Shown: positions 1-11,134 of the stretch, one piece after another
Layout of the letters: the number at the start of each line of letters is the position of its first letter
Numbering within the stretch: the first letter of the stretch is position 1
Source: Acanthaster planci
Taxonomy: Eukaryota
Direction: 5' to 3'
NCBI RefSeq assembly: GCF_001949145.1
Contig: NW_019091355.1
Coordinates: 2,958,646-3,022,645, forward strand
DNA length: 64,000 nt
Made by a program: the position numbers and the translations under genes
Notes under the pieces: model-generated
What the model was told of the DNA's origin: nothing
What the model saw: the letters and a program-made list of their open reading frames with translations, nothing else
Database searches by the model: none

Positions 1-239
1 CCAACTGGAATTTTACATTTCTACCACAAGCCATGTAAATCAGTTTAAACACTGTTGTACTCACTTTCACTTAAAACTGACTTCGTCAAAATATTTCATG
101 TCACTAGTTTTACGTCAGCAACTGGCATATTGCTGCGCTCTTTTATGAGTTTGTATTCAGCCCTTGGTTAACCTTCCTTTCTGTAATCATTTACATCCTC
201 AAAATTTCAGTGTGTTTTATTTTATGCTCAAAGCCGCAG

Positions 240-391
240 GCTGCAAGGCCTCACCTTCATGACTCAAACCAAACCGCATAATCCCAAAGATGAAGAGGCC
301 CTAAGCCCAGGATGGGGGACGCACTGCCCTCAGAGAAACTCAGGTTCATGGTCCAATGGGGAGGAAGTCTTGCTTAGTATGCTGGATTGTG
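240..391 (+). CDS. Possible upstream coding exon of gene A
   Basis: Acceptor ...gccgcag at 237-239; open frame xLQGLTFMTQTKPHNPKDEEALSPGWG...MLDC; weak phase-1 donor (G/gtctga at 392, or G/gttcat at 354) compatible with the next exon. Confidence 0.35.
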
Positions 392-1774
392 GTCTGAGTT
401 TCATAACAAATCCTGTAATGGGCAGACCAGATGGCAAGGCAGGTTATTTTGAAATCACAAGTGTTCCTTGAAGGTTTCCGTATGAACCTACATGTACATG
501 TAACTGATTTTCATTTACTGTTTCTTTCCCTATTGTGGGTGGGGCTTCCTCAGATTCCCTGGAAGGGTTATTTTGGCACAGTCACTTCCATATTTTCCAG
601 TGGAACTCAGTCCCTAAATTGCCACATCTTTATCGACATGAAGTGCAGTCCAGCTTGCCGTTTGCTGAGACCTCATTGAAACCATGAGCGGAAGTCAAGG
701 CAGTAGTATGAAACAATTTATCTTGTTTTTTTTTCCGAAGCAGTAGGTATTGCGATGGCAGGCAGATTAACCCTCACTCCCTAGGGTGTGTGCAAAATCT
801 TATTAAAGTTGGAGGATTCAGGAATGTTAGGATTAATCAAACAATAAAGCTGGCAGTGATACTTTCAAACAAAGTTGAACAAGACAAACTGGAAACTTTT
901 CCATGTGACTCTGGGAACCTATGCGAAGACTTTTCTTGTTGCAATTTGGACGTGATGGGATTTTGAACCCGCTTTTATGCAAAGCACTAGCGCACACTGC
1001 CGTTAAGATGGACAGGCCTGGAGAAGTGGCTGACCCAATGGCCATATACCAACACCCTTCATATCAGGACCATCTTTAGTCTGTAGGGATGTGAATCAGG
1101 TTATTTATGGGCAGGATGGAGGAAGGAAACAGACTGTCCTGGGAGTCTGGCAGCCATGACTGTTGAGCCATAAATAGGAGTCATGTGAAGCATTATCAGT
1201 CATGGCCCCTTGTGCCAAGGCATCCCCCTCCCACCCTCCCCCCCCACATTCCCCCAACCCCAACAGGACTCTGAAGGAATGTTCAAGGCAAGGGATTATC
1301 TCCTTTTGGATATCCTCCACAATAGCATTTACCGTAAAGGGAGATAGGAAGTTTAAAAAAACTGAATTATTCAGAAGTCACTTGTTACCTAGAGACAAGT
1401 CTCTAGGAAGGATCCTGAGGTAAAACATCAGGTGTCACATTTGGTCAGTTGGAAGAGGAAATTTATGGGTTACAGTTCTGCCAGATTCAGAGATTTGCAC
1501 CTGGGCAACCTAGACAAAAATAAATGGTACTGCAACGGTATTAAATGGTACTGCATTCGAATTGCCAGCGTTAATCACGTCCGTGAATTGCTTGGTTTTG
1601 TTAACTTTATAACTAACAAGACCATAATAGCAAATACAGTGTAGTCCTAGACACTTGGCACTTGAAACGTTTACACAAAATTCTATAGTGGGCTTACCAT
1701 AAAAAATTATGGCTGGCCTCTGTCAAGAAGTTATTTGAAAGATTTAGTTGATTAAACTTTCCATCTCTGAACAG

Positions 1775-1941
1775 ACTTTACCCAATACCCGCCACCTGCA
1801 GTGGAAGCAGAGAAGACAATATTAGAGGAACCACCATCGGGACCAGTGGAAACCAGTACAAAGGCAGATGGGAACAGCAACCTCGCAGAGGCACTTGAGA
1901 AGAGTCTACAAGAGAGGGAGGCAATAATCAAATTGCTACAG
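1775..1941 (+). CDS. Gene A internal exon (start of a predicted coiled coil)
   Basis: acag acceptor and CAG/gtaatg donor; frame FTQYPPPAVEAEK...LAEALEKSLQEREAIIKLLQ; phase 0 into the next exon. Confidence 0.75.
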
Positions 1942-2153
1942 GTAATGGCCGATCTGGCCTTAATTCCAGTCTGTGTATTATTTTCCCCCTGACATGTACA
2001 GTCTCTTTCGCCAATGTTTTATGGAAACTTTCCAAAACTTGTCTATTGGCACAAGGCATCCTGCACTCTTGAGGGCTGTGCTTGGAGAAGATGATTGATG
2101 ATGTATACCAAAGCCTATTTTGTTGGATTTTGTTTTGATTACCATACGAGTAG

Positions 2154-2264
2154 GCCCGAGTAGAGCGGCAAGCACAGGAGATCAACTACCTCAAGAATGG
2201 CGTGGATGCAGCCAATCAGTTCAGACGAGCCAAGAGTTTCACGGCCAGAGATAAGAAGATCTTT
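2154..2264 (+). CDS. Gene A internal exon (coiled coil continues)
   Basis: tag acceptor after a T-rich tract, gtaagt donor; 111 nt encoding ARVERQAQEINYLKNGVDAANQFRRAKSFTARDKKIF. Confidence 0.8.
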
Positions 2265-2699
2265 GTAAGTTTTGCAAGTGAGACAATTCAACACATCAAA
2301 TGCTGTGGTCATCTTTGGTGTTTCATATTTGTGAGCTGACCTGACAAAAAGAGTCACAAGTCACCAGAGCCATGCTCAGTTAAATTTGGGCCGTTAAAAG
2401 AATCTTTCACCAGTTGTACCACATTTTAGTTTCTATATTGTCCTTTTATCGAGATACCAAATTGAGTGATGCATCAAAACAAAGAGCCTAAATTGCTCTC
2501 TCTTCAAGGCAAACTAAAAATTGCAGAATTTATTTGGAAATAAATCCTGGCAACATCAAGATGAAATGTTTGGCGTCAGGCAAAAATCTGTGTACTTATC
2601 AATAGTTGCTATGTGCACTGTATGTCTTTGATCACACTTTTTGTGTTATCTCTATTTTGGATGACTTTACTGTAGTTTTATCATGGTCTTTTTTCGCAG

Positions 2700-2844
2700 G
2701 ACCCACGGGCCATGAAGATCGTAGACATCCCAATAGACAAACCAGAGGCGAGCAAAGTCAAGATGCTATCTGACGAGCAATCAGAGTCCTCCAAATCCCT
2801 CAAGTCAGACAGCACTCCCTCCCTGGATACGCTGCACATTTCAG
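2700..2844 (+). CDS. Gene A internal exon
   Basis: ttttttcgcag acceptor; DPRAMKIVDIPIDKPE...LHIS; phase-1 donor G/gttggc matches the next exon. Confidence 0.75.
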
Positions 2845-2965
2845 GTTGGCATAGTAACACTTCTGGACCAAACTCTGCTCTCGGATTATCAAAAATCTCT
2901 TCTGGAGGAACTTCTGCTGTGACGTTTTCATTTAAAGGCATTTTTTTTCTGTTTTTCAATCCTAG

Positions 2966-3033
2966 CTGAAGATATCAGAATGGATGAGTCTACTGAGAAG
3001 AAACAAGACAAGGTGGAGCCTGGCAAAGACAAG
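2966..3033 (+). CDS. Gene A internal exon
   Basis: Pyrimidine tract plus cctag acceptor; (A)EDIRMDESTEKKQDKVEPGKDK; phase-0 donor AAG/gttact joins in frame to 3366. Confidence 0.7.
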
Positions 3034-3365
3034 GTTACTTTTCAGACTCAAATCTTTTTGGTTGACATCCCAATTTTCTTATTTAATACTGGCCTCTTCC
3101 TTACCTTTGCTGTTTGACCCAGATGTTTGTTCTCTTCTCAACCTCTGTGTTCACACCTTTCTTGGATTTTCGTTCTCATTCTTCTGTTCAGTAATTCTGT
3201 CAGCAGTCTTCTGGTGTTTATTGAAATGACTTGCTTTATTGAGCGTCCAAGCTGTGCCTGGTTTTTACAGGATTGAATGAGATCTTCACTGTTTCAAAAC
3301 ATAATCCAAGTTGTGTTCATTTTCTTTAACGTAATGGAAATCAAGTTTTTTGTGTTCATTTACAG

Positions 3366-6300
3366 AAATCCGATATGCATCCAAGCCAATTGGTTGAGAA
3401 GGAAGATGCCAATACATCAGAAATTTCAAAGATGGAGTCAGTTGACAAGATGCCACCACCTCAGCAGACAGAGAAAGAGGAAACTCAAGAAGAATATCCT
3501 GGATTGTATGGGCCGATTGAGACCAAGCTCAAACGACGAAGAACACAGAGTGCAGAACCACCACCGAAGCCTGACAGCACTCAAGACACCAAGGATGGCT
3601 CTACCAAGGAAGCCCATGTTACAGACAGTCATACTGCCATGGATTCCCTACTTGCCAAGAAGATAGAAGGCTCCCAGATGCAAGAGCCGGCATCCAAAGA
3701 TGGCAGCCTGTCTCCAAGATTAAGTCGGACAAGGGCAGCCAGGGAGAAGGACAGTGAGGATAAAAGTCCGGGATCACCCTCTGCTACTAGCAAGAAGGTC
3801 ATGCCCAAGTTTGAGCTGGTTAAGTTGGCTGACGGCCTAAAGAGCCAAGCTGTGGAGTTGAGTCCCAGATCACAGAGGAGAAGAGAACGAGAAAGCCAAG
3901 AAGAAGCCAAGCAGGATGGCACGACTTCCCCAGGGTCTCCTAGAGACAGCGGAAGATCCCCTGGAGAAACTTGTGTGGGTAGAGCATCTCCAAGAGGCAG
4001 CACATCTCCAAAGGAGTCTACAGTGAGTGTCTACCAAAAACGAGACAAGGAAAAGGGTAGTTTTCCAGCCAGAACATCAGATATTTCTGAGCATGCATCA
4101 GCAAAAGACAAATCATCAAGAGGAAGAGACGAAATTTCTGAAATGTCAAAAGACAAAAATGGAGAGAATATCTCACCGAGACTGAGTAGTCGGGATGCTG
4201 AAATAAAACTGACAACCAGTAAAGATGAAAAGTCAGAGATTCAGGACTATACTGAGGCAAATTCCAGCGTGGACACCTCTCCAGAGAGGCAGTGGAGCAA
4301 GAAGGCGAGAGCAGTTAGAACATTCTCTTCCGAGATTGAATCCTCTTTCAGGTCTTCCAGTCGGGAGAGGGAGGGCAGGGGCATTGGCAGCGAAAGGGAA
4401 AGACGCCCATCTGTGGAGAACCTGAGGGCAGCCATTGAGAGACGGCAGCGTTCATTCTCATCTGAGACAGCCGACAGTGACCAGGAATTACAGAATAATG
4501 CCAAGAAGGCCTTGGAGGTCAGGCTTTCTGGTCGCATCAGCTCTGACAGACGGGATTCCACCGACTCAGTGGGGAGCAATAAGCAGTCCCCCCTGGATGG
4601 AAGGAGGGAACCTGTGCTAATGCGCAGTGGCCAGAAAAAGGATGACACATCAGTGTCCAGCTTGCGGCGTAAGTTTGTGGCCCAGGAGTTCGGCAGCGCA
4701 CCGAATGTCACGGAATTGACCACCCTGCTTACAGGAAGGAAGGAGAAGGAACGTCCACGGGAAGGTTGTGTGAAGCAGATGAGTCAGGCATTTACCGTGG
4801 CTTCTATGAGCGAGCAAGGAGCAGGTGATATGAGAAGGAGCAGTAAGTCGTCCAGCGTCCGCTCCTCCCCACAGAGCCTCTCCCCAGCCTCCTCTACCAG
4901 TTCCCTCTCCAACATCGTGGCCAGTCAGATCAAGCGTCTGCAAGACAAGGCCAGCTCATCCCCTGAGTCCCCGGAGCGGAAGACATCCATCCAGACCAAA
5001 AGCATCAAGGACACTGTGCCGTCACTCTACAGCATTCATGGCAGGTTAGAACACAGGCAGTCTCTGACGAATGTAGCTGATGTCCGTGCAAAGTTTGATA
5101 AGAGAGAGTCTTCAGAGAGTTCTCCAGTCACCTCCAGGACCAGCTCACCGAGCGATAATCGCCGGTACACAAGAAAAGAGCCCGCCAAACCGACTCTTGT
5201 ACCATCAGTGGCTGCTGCTCGCATCAAGTACACAGTGTCAGTGAGCAACTCGGAAAATAGTGAACCCCAAAAGAAATCTGTTTCTCTTCATCAGAATGGA
5301 AGTATAAAGTCTCAGCGTATGGTTGCGGTAATGGAATCGTCAGAAGCCGAGAAATCGGCCAAGTCAGATTCCACTGTCACTTTTACTATCAATCAGAGTC
5401 AGAAGCGGAGGCATAATATGGGGCAGGGTGCATCCAGATTCGAAGAGAATAACAACAGCAATAACAACAATAAAAATTTTCCTGAAAGGTCAGATGCTCA
5501 TCGTAAAGGTTCTCCAGCAAATCACCCAGAAGCATCCAACAGACCAAATGAGAAACAGGAAAAGAGGGAAACAGAAAACCGAGGGGCATCCAGGAAGAAC
5601 TCCTTCTCTCGAAATGACAAACACAGGGGTTCACTTCAAAGACAAACAGAGTCCAGAGAATCCTCAAGGCGAGGATCACTGACCAAAGGAAAAGAGTCTC
5701 CCAAGGCACCTGCCAGAAGAAGATCCTTCTCAAAGGGCAAGGAGTCTCCTAAAAATGGCTCGCGAAGGAATTCTGTAACCAAGGGCAGGGATTCCAGTAA
5801 TGAAAGCTCCGTAGGAAAGACCGTTTCAAAGGAGCTAGAGCCTCCTAAGGAAATGTCAAGTCTCCATGTATCGGGCAGCCAGCCAGATGAGGACGAGAGG
5901 AGCAGGAGGCGGAGAAGAAGGCGAGAAAGGAGCACGCCTTCCCCTGAGCCTCTGAGACCAGAGTCCAAAGCTAAGACAGATAGGTCTGAAGGGATGGCCG
6001 ACATTGGGGAAGCAAATAATTCAGATGCAAGGGTCAGCAAACAAAATAATGACAACAGTGCCAAGCAATCTGCCAAAGACACTGCTAATAAGGGGGAAGT
6101 TAAAGTAGAAGTTGGAACAGTTAGGTCAAAAGCCAAGCTGGAAAATGAGCAACATAACCATGCAAAAGCCAAACAGGATGTCAAGCATGAGGTAAAATCT
6201 GCAGTCAAAACTGAGGTCGGCCAGAGTGGCAGTTCCCCTGCCACACCAGACGTCAAAGCTGAAGTGAAGGCAGAGGCCAATCGTGCAAACAAATCAGAGG

Positions 6301-7301
6301 CCAAATCTGAAGTGAAACAAGACTGCAAACCTGAAATCACAACTGAAGTCAAACCAGACAGAGCTCAGGACAGGAGGCACAGGAGAGAAGAACGTGCAAG
6401 GAGGAATAAAGAGCGGGAAGAGGAAGCCTCAAAAGCCAAGGAAGAAGCTGCCAGGCAGAAGGCCGAAGCAGCAAGAGCCAAACTCAAGCAAGAGATGGAG
6501 GCTGCCAGAATCAAAGAAGCAGAAGCTGCCAGGCTGAAGGCAGAGAAACAGACTGAGGAAGCAAAGAAGGCCGCCCGTGTTGAAAGGAGGGAGTCTAAAA
6601 GAGCAGAGAGGAGAGGAAAGCAGAGAGAGAAGGCTGTTGCCGGACCTGGGGATACCAAGAAGGCAGCATCTCCGTCAGATCTAATGCCATCTGGGTCCGG
6701 TCCATCTGCTCACAGCATTCGTAGGAGACACAGTGAAAGGGAGGAGCAGAAGCTTGGCCAGGTCTCTACCACCTCTCCAAGAGCTACTAAAGGAGGGAAA
6801 GAGGAGGAAGATCCCAATATGCCTGACCTCCTGGCTCAGGCACAGAAGAAGGCATCTGCTGAATCTCCAGTGGGTGAAGAAAATCGCAGCCCGCGTGCAA
6901 TCTTGACCACTTCTGCCCTGAGGGGAGCTGAGGCAGTCATTGGCCATCCACTGCCAAAACCTCCTCCCCCAGAAGAGGAAGAATCCAAGGAGGATGCGGA
7001 TGATGACAGGAGGTCGAGGAAGGATGCAACACGCAGGAGCCGGGCCATCAATCGTGGCAGTCGCATCTCCCGGCTGGATATCTTCAAGCGGGCCCGCTCA
7101 GTCGACAGCTCCAAGGCTAGTAAGGATCGCTCACCAGATCGGTTGCTCGGAGGGGGTGGAGCCAGCAGCAGAGCTTGCTCAATGGACCGGTCAGGCAAAA
7201 ACCGGGACAAGTCACCTGGTGGAGAGGAGACAAGAAAGGGAGGCAGTTGGTTGTCCAAGAGGACTGGCTCCATCAGTAACTTCCTCCGACCCTCCAAGTA
7301 A
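3366..7301 (+). CDS. Gene A giant exon: about 1310 aa intrinsically disordered S/R/E/K-rich region, protein family not recognised
   Basis: 1308-aa ORF in the track; tttacag acceptor at 3365, in frame with upstream exons; ends at TAA 7299-7301, which overlaps a consensus donor AA/gtaagt after 7297. Confidence 0.9.
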   Translation, partial: KSDMHPSQLVEKEDANTSEISKMESVDKMPPPQQTEKEETQEEYPGLYGPIETKLKRRRTQSAEPPPKPDSTQDTKDGSTKEAHVTDSHTAMDSLLAKKIEGSQMQEPASKDGSLSPRLSRTRAAREKDSEDKSPGSPSATSKKVMPKFELVKLADGLKSQAVELSPRSQRRRERESQEEAKQDGTTSPGSPRDSGRSPGETCVGRASPRGSTSPKESTVSVYQKRDKEKGSFPARTSDISEHASAKDKSSRGRDEISEMSKDKNGENISPRLSSRDAEIKLTTSKDEKSEIQDYTEANSSVDTSPERQWSKKARAVRTFSSEIESSFRSSSREREGRGIGSERERRPSVENLRAAIERRQRSFSSETADSDQELQNNAKKALEVRLSGRISSDRRDSTDSVGSNKQSPLDGRREPVLMRSGQKKDDTSVSSLRRKFVAQEFGSAPNVTELTTLLTGRKEKERPREGCVKQMSQAFTVASMSEQGAGDMRRSSKSSSVRSSPQSLSPASSTSSLSNIVASQIKRLQDKASSSPESPERKTSIQTKSIKDTVPSLYSIHGRLEHRQSLTNVADVRAKFDKRESSESSPVTSRTSSPSDNRRYTRKEPAKPTLVPSVAAARIKYTVSVSNSENSEPQKKSVSLHQNGSIKSQRMVAVMESSEAEKSAKSDSTVTFTINQSQKRRHNMGQGASRFEENNNSNNNNKNFPERSDAHRKGSPANHPEASNRPNEKQEKRETENRGASRKNSFSRNDKHRGSLQRQTESRESSRRGSLTKGKESPKAPARRRSFSKGKESPKNGSRRNSVTKGRDSSNESSVGKTVSKELEPPKEMSSLHVSGSQPDEDERSRRRRRRRERSTPSPEPLRPESKAKTDRSEGMADIGEANNSDARVSKQNNDNSAKQSAKDTANKGEVKVEVGTVRSKAKLENEQHNHAKAKQDVKHEVKSAVKTEVGQSGSSPATPDVKAEVKAEANRANKSEAKSEVKQDCKPEITTEVKPDRAQDRRHRREERARRNKEREEEASKAKEEAARQKAEAARAKLKQEMEAARIKEAEAARLKAEKQTEEAKKAARVERRESKRAERRGKQREKAVAGPGDTKKAASPSDLMPSGSGPSAHSIRRRHSEREEQKLGQVSTTSPRATKGGKEEEDPNMPDLLAQAQKKASAESPVGEENRSPRAILTTSALRGAEAVIGHPLPKPPPPEEEESKEDADDDRRSRKDATRRSRAINRGSRISRLDIFKRARSVDSSKASKDRSPDRLLGGGGASSRACSMDRSGKNRDKSPGGEETRKGGSWLSKRTGSISNFLRPSK

Positions 7302-7428
7302 GTTACGTTTTGTTTGACCTTATACCATGAGAGTAGAAAATTTTCAGTGGAACAACCCTGCCCGTAAATGAGTGCCCTCAGAAAATAATAGGTACATTAT
7401 ATTAAAAGGTTTTATCAACAAAATTCTC

Positions 7429-7682
7429 TATTCACTCTTTGCAGGCTGCCACCGTAGGCATGCAAAGCCTCAATTCGGGAGATTTACACAATAAATTTAA
7501 CTGATTCAGTGATCTGCTCCTTTGTTGCTCAGTAATATTGTTTACAGTAATACTGCATTAGTTCTTATACCATGCAATTGGACAATATTTCAAAAAGCTG
7601 TGTTGACGTGATTGACGCAAATGTGCAAGCTGTGAGTTTGAGGCTCTGCATGCCTATGGTGGCAGCGTGCAAAGAGTGAATA
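7429..7682. mobile_element. MITE with about 50-bp terminal inverted repeats, TA at both ends
   Basis: tattcactctttgcaggctgccaccgtaggcatgcaaagcctcaa ... tttgaggctctgcatgcctatggtggcagcgtgcaaagagtgaata. Confidence 0.8.
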
Positions 7683-8533
7683 CAACATTATTTTTGTTGT
7701 TTGTTGAGGACTTCCACAAATAAGTACCCCAGAAGAAAATTTGTGTTGAAATAACTCATAATTCTTTAGACAATTAATACATTTTTATGATTTTCACAGT
7801 AAACTTTGATGTTTTAGAAGAGAAAATGATCTAGAAAGAAATAACACCATGCTTGAAGTTGGATATTTTTATTACTATTGGGAAGCACATGTTGGTAGCT
7901 GTAGCATATTTGTGTTTCGTACTGTTACTAATTTCAGTTTGCTAAAATGGCTTGACTAGGGGTAAGCTGACATATAATGATGGTACACAGGCAGACATGG
8001 CTAAATAACATGATGTCATAGTCTGCGACTAGAAGCCTGCAGAAGTAGTTGACTGTGTGGGAGAATACTAACATTGGGTCTGGGTGTTTTGGTCTGTAGT
8101 CCTCGGGGAGAAATAGGAGTTGATTGTTGTCTTTCCTTACACAAGTTGGTTTGTTTTACAGACTGATCACATCATTTCAAGGGTCTTTGTGAGCTCTGCT
8201 GAAGGCCTGTTTATACAGACGAGCGGGAACAGAATTTTGCACAGTAAAATTAGAAGAAATGCAGTAGTTTCTTTATGGGATTACTGACACTGAGAACTGA
8301 TGATTTTAAATCACATCGTTTAGAAACATACATTTTTGTCAGTCTGTTGTAAAACATTATGCACTGGCTGAGAGACAGTTGGAGCAAGAGTGGATGTGCC
8401 TTTATTGTGCCCTCAACTCGTCCTGTTGGGCATCATGTTCTGCGTTCTGTCACCATAATGCTCGTCTGTGTAAATAGGCCTCTACAATTGTGGAATCCTT
8501 ATTCTGACTTGTAACTCACGCCCTGGTTGTCAG

Positions 8534-8675
8534 CAGCTGTGATGGAGAGCTCTGGGATGAGCTTGAAGAATGCTACTGCATCTTGCAGAGCTGTGCCAGC
8601 ATCTACCGGCCAGCGTACGAATACGAAGACATGTGCCAGCTGCGCTTCCTGCGGGAGACCAGCATCCTGACCTAA
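8534..8675 (+). CDS. Gene A alternative terminal exon 1
   Basis: NAGNAG acceptor (cagcag 8531-8536); splicing from the phase-2 donor at 7297 gives NSCDGELWDELEECYCILQSCASIYRPAYEYEDMCQLRFLRETSILT*, GC-rich and codon-like. Confidence 0.6.
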
Positions 8676-9698
8676 ACATGACCTTGCTTTTAAACCTCTT
8701 GACCTCTGATCCTGCTTTGCATGGCATGGTGGTTGTACGTAAGTGTGCATGGCAAACACTAACATGGTCTGGTGTCCTGTCACCAAAGGTTGACTAACTG
8801 CAGACAGGGGTGTTAAGTTCCTCTTGGGATCATTAACTGTAGCTGGGAATTACTGGGTAGTCCGTAGGTAGCTTAGATGGACTTGTGTCCCAAGTTTGAC
8901 TTGTGAGCAGGCAAAATTCCTGAAATTGTGAGTCACAGTACGGATGAAGTAATAAACATTCTAGAGAGAAGGGAACTTTATTTGCAACCTCTCTACCTAA
9001 TTTAGCCCTTGAAAGACCAGGGGATGTGTTTGGACCAGACAATGAAAGATAAGCTCCGTTTCCGTGAGCCATTTCAGCTGTGGATGCAGTTAGTAGCATA
9101 CCTTTGGTACAGGAAACAAGACCCAGTCTTAGGAATTACACAGTGAAAGTTTTGTGATTCAGCCAATTGCCGATACAGAAATCAATTCATTCCTATTAAT
9201 GCACTGGTAAATGTGTATGTCACATAAGTCTACTACCCTGTGAAGTGACTGTCAAGTCTTTTTTGTTAAGTATATTGAACATTTGGATAACCAGTCGTAA
9301 CATAGTGTCTGCAGTTGTCTGTTGATATGTTGGATCAAAAAATTAACCCTGTGGCATGCATGATGGAATGTGGTCACTGTAGCAGCAACTCAAAATGCAA
9401 TTTGTGAATTTTAAATAGAAAAACACTGACTCACTGCTACCTCTCGCCAGGTAAAGCCACTATTTTGGAATTACCAAGTAGTTATTTGAAGTCTGGAGTC
9501 TTTCTAGCACATTAGTGGCTTGTCCTTCAAATGGTGTCAACCTTATAAAACGTGTCATACATGGTAGAGTCACTGCTCCGAAAAACCAAGTTCATCAAAC
9601 TTGTTGTCTGTATTCAACTTGTCTTTAAACATTTTGCATTTCTTGGAGGGGCAAGGTATCTACAGTGAAACATTTCCACTTCCAAAATTTCTTTCCAG

Positions 9699-9705
9699 GG
9701 TTTGA
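9699..9705 (+). CDS. Gene A alternative terminal exon 2 (coding part K-V-stop, then 3'UTR to about 11150)
   Basis: Strong acceptor tttctttccag at 9698; AA+G GTT TGA gives ...FLRPSKV*; followed by T-rich UTR-like sequence and AATAAA at 11129. Confidence 0.5.
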
Positions 9706-11128
9706 TGCCTCCTTCAGTAGAAGCTCCTCTCGTCATCCATGGTGGTGTGCCTGTCGTCATCATCCACCTGGCCTCTAGTTGCCGCTGCTTTTCTTGGACA
9801 ATATTTTTTGTTCCGTCCTCCTACTTAATTTTTTCTTTGGCTTCCATAGAGTTCTTTGCTTCATCCTGCATGGTAAAATCTGTTCACAGGGTCGCATTTT
9901 TGATGACAAATACTTAGCACCTATAATTTTGTAGTCGGTTTTAAAAGTATAGATTTCTAGTTTTGTACCAATCACGACAAAGGGTAAGAGTTCATACTGT
10001 GAAAAGCATAATATCAAGTTTGTCAAAACTCGGGATTAGTTTTGTTGAGAGAAAATAACTGTACATCTGAAATACTCTAATTTTAATCAGAGACTAGTAC
10101 ATACATGTATAAAAGTTGAATTTGCAGGTAAACCTGGCAAGTTTAGAAAATGCCATTCTTTTTATTAAACTGGGTAAACAATAGCACCAGAAATGTTTGA
10201 GGTTTTAATGTTCATCTTCTGTGCAGCACAAATATTTTACTGTAGATCTGATTTACTTTTGATCAATTTTTATCAACTTAATTTCTATGCAAATGTGCTA
10301 TGCAAATTAAAAAGGTGGAAGAAGTGTGTATCCTTAGATGAGAGATTTGAGTTCGCTTATGCCAAGCAAAACCAAAAGACAGAAATGTAGAATCACTTTT
10401 GTATCATTATTGTATGGAGTAAGAATTATAACCTTGATGGATATGTATGACGCCAATAATTTACATTTGTAAATAGTAATGAATATTTAAAGCTGATGAC
10501 TCCACGCATCCGTGCACAACTCCAGAAGATTAGCCTCGTCATTGAGACGTTATTTAACCCACCTCAAGTGGGCTCTACAGTCACAGTGAAGTTAACGTCA
10601 GAAAGTTCAGAGTTGGTGCTATTTTTGTTCTCTGAAAATTTGTTCAACTTCTTTGTGATTGGAGCTAAGAAAACGATATGAAATGTTTTCCAAGCTCATT
10701 TTGTTAGTACCTTGGCAAGGACAAGCTTGTGAAAATAATTTGTTTGTTGTCACTGTATAGTTATATCAGAAGTATTTGTTACACCTGTAATGTGTTGGTG
10801 AAATCTGTCTGATATAGCCCACCTTTCAAGATTTGCAGTATTTATTGCTTAGACATTAACAATTCAAAATATTCACCGAGTTTTATTGGACCCTAATTTC
10901 ATTTCTTAATGAACTGTGTAAGAAATCATGGTTTCTATACAGGCTCCAGAGTGTACAGTACTTAATGCAAGGCTCAGTGCCACAGCACTCATTTAGAGAG
11001 TCAGGATCCCAGACAGCAGTTATGCACAAGAAATATCCAGCTATTGAGAAATACAGCACCTATATCCCTTTCTTAAATGTAAGGCTTGACACTTGTGACA
11101 ACGTAGGTAGGAAATCAAGCAATATGTA

Positions 11129-11134
11129 AATAAA
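11129..11134 (+). terminator. Candidate polyadenylation signal of gene A
   Basis: AATAAA at the end of the T-rich 3'UTR-like region, near the compositional switch to the ACSL 3'UTR. Confidence 0.45.

Noticed and set aside
3438..7297. Long minus-strand ORFs (up to 238 aa) over the giant exon
   Set aside because: Antisense shadows of a low-complexity coding exon; S/L/A-rich with no independent splice signals or motifs.
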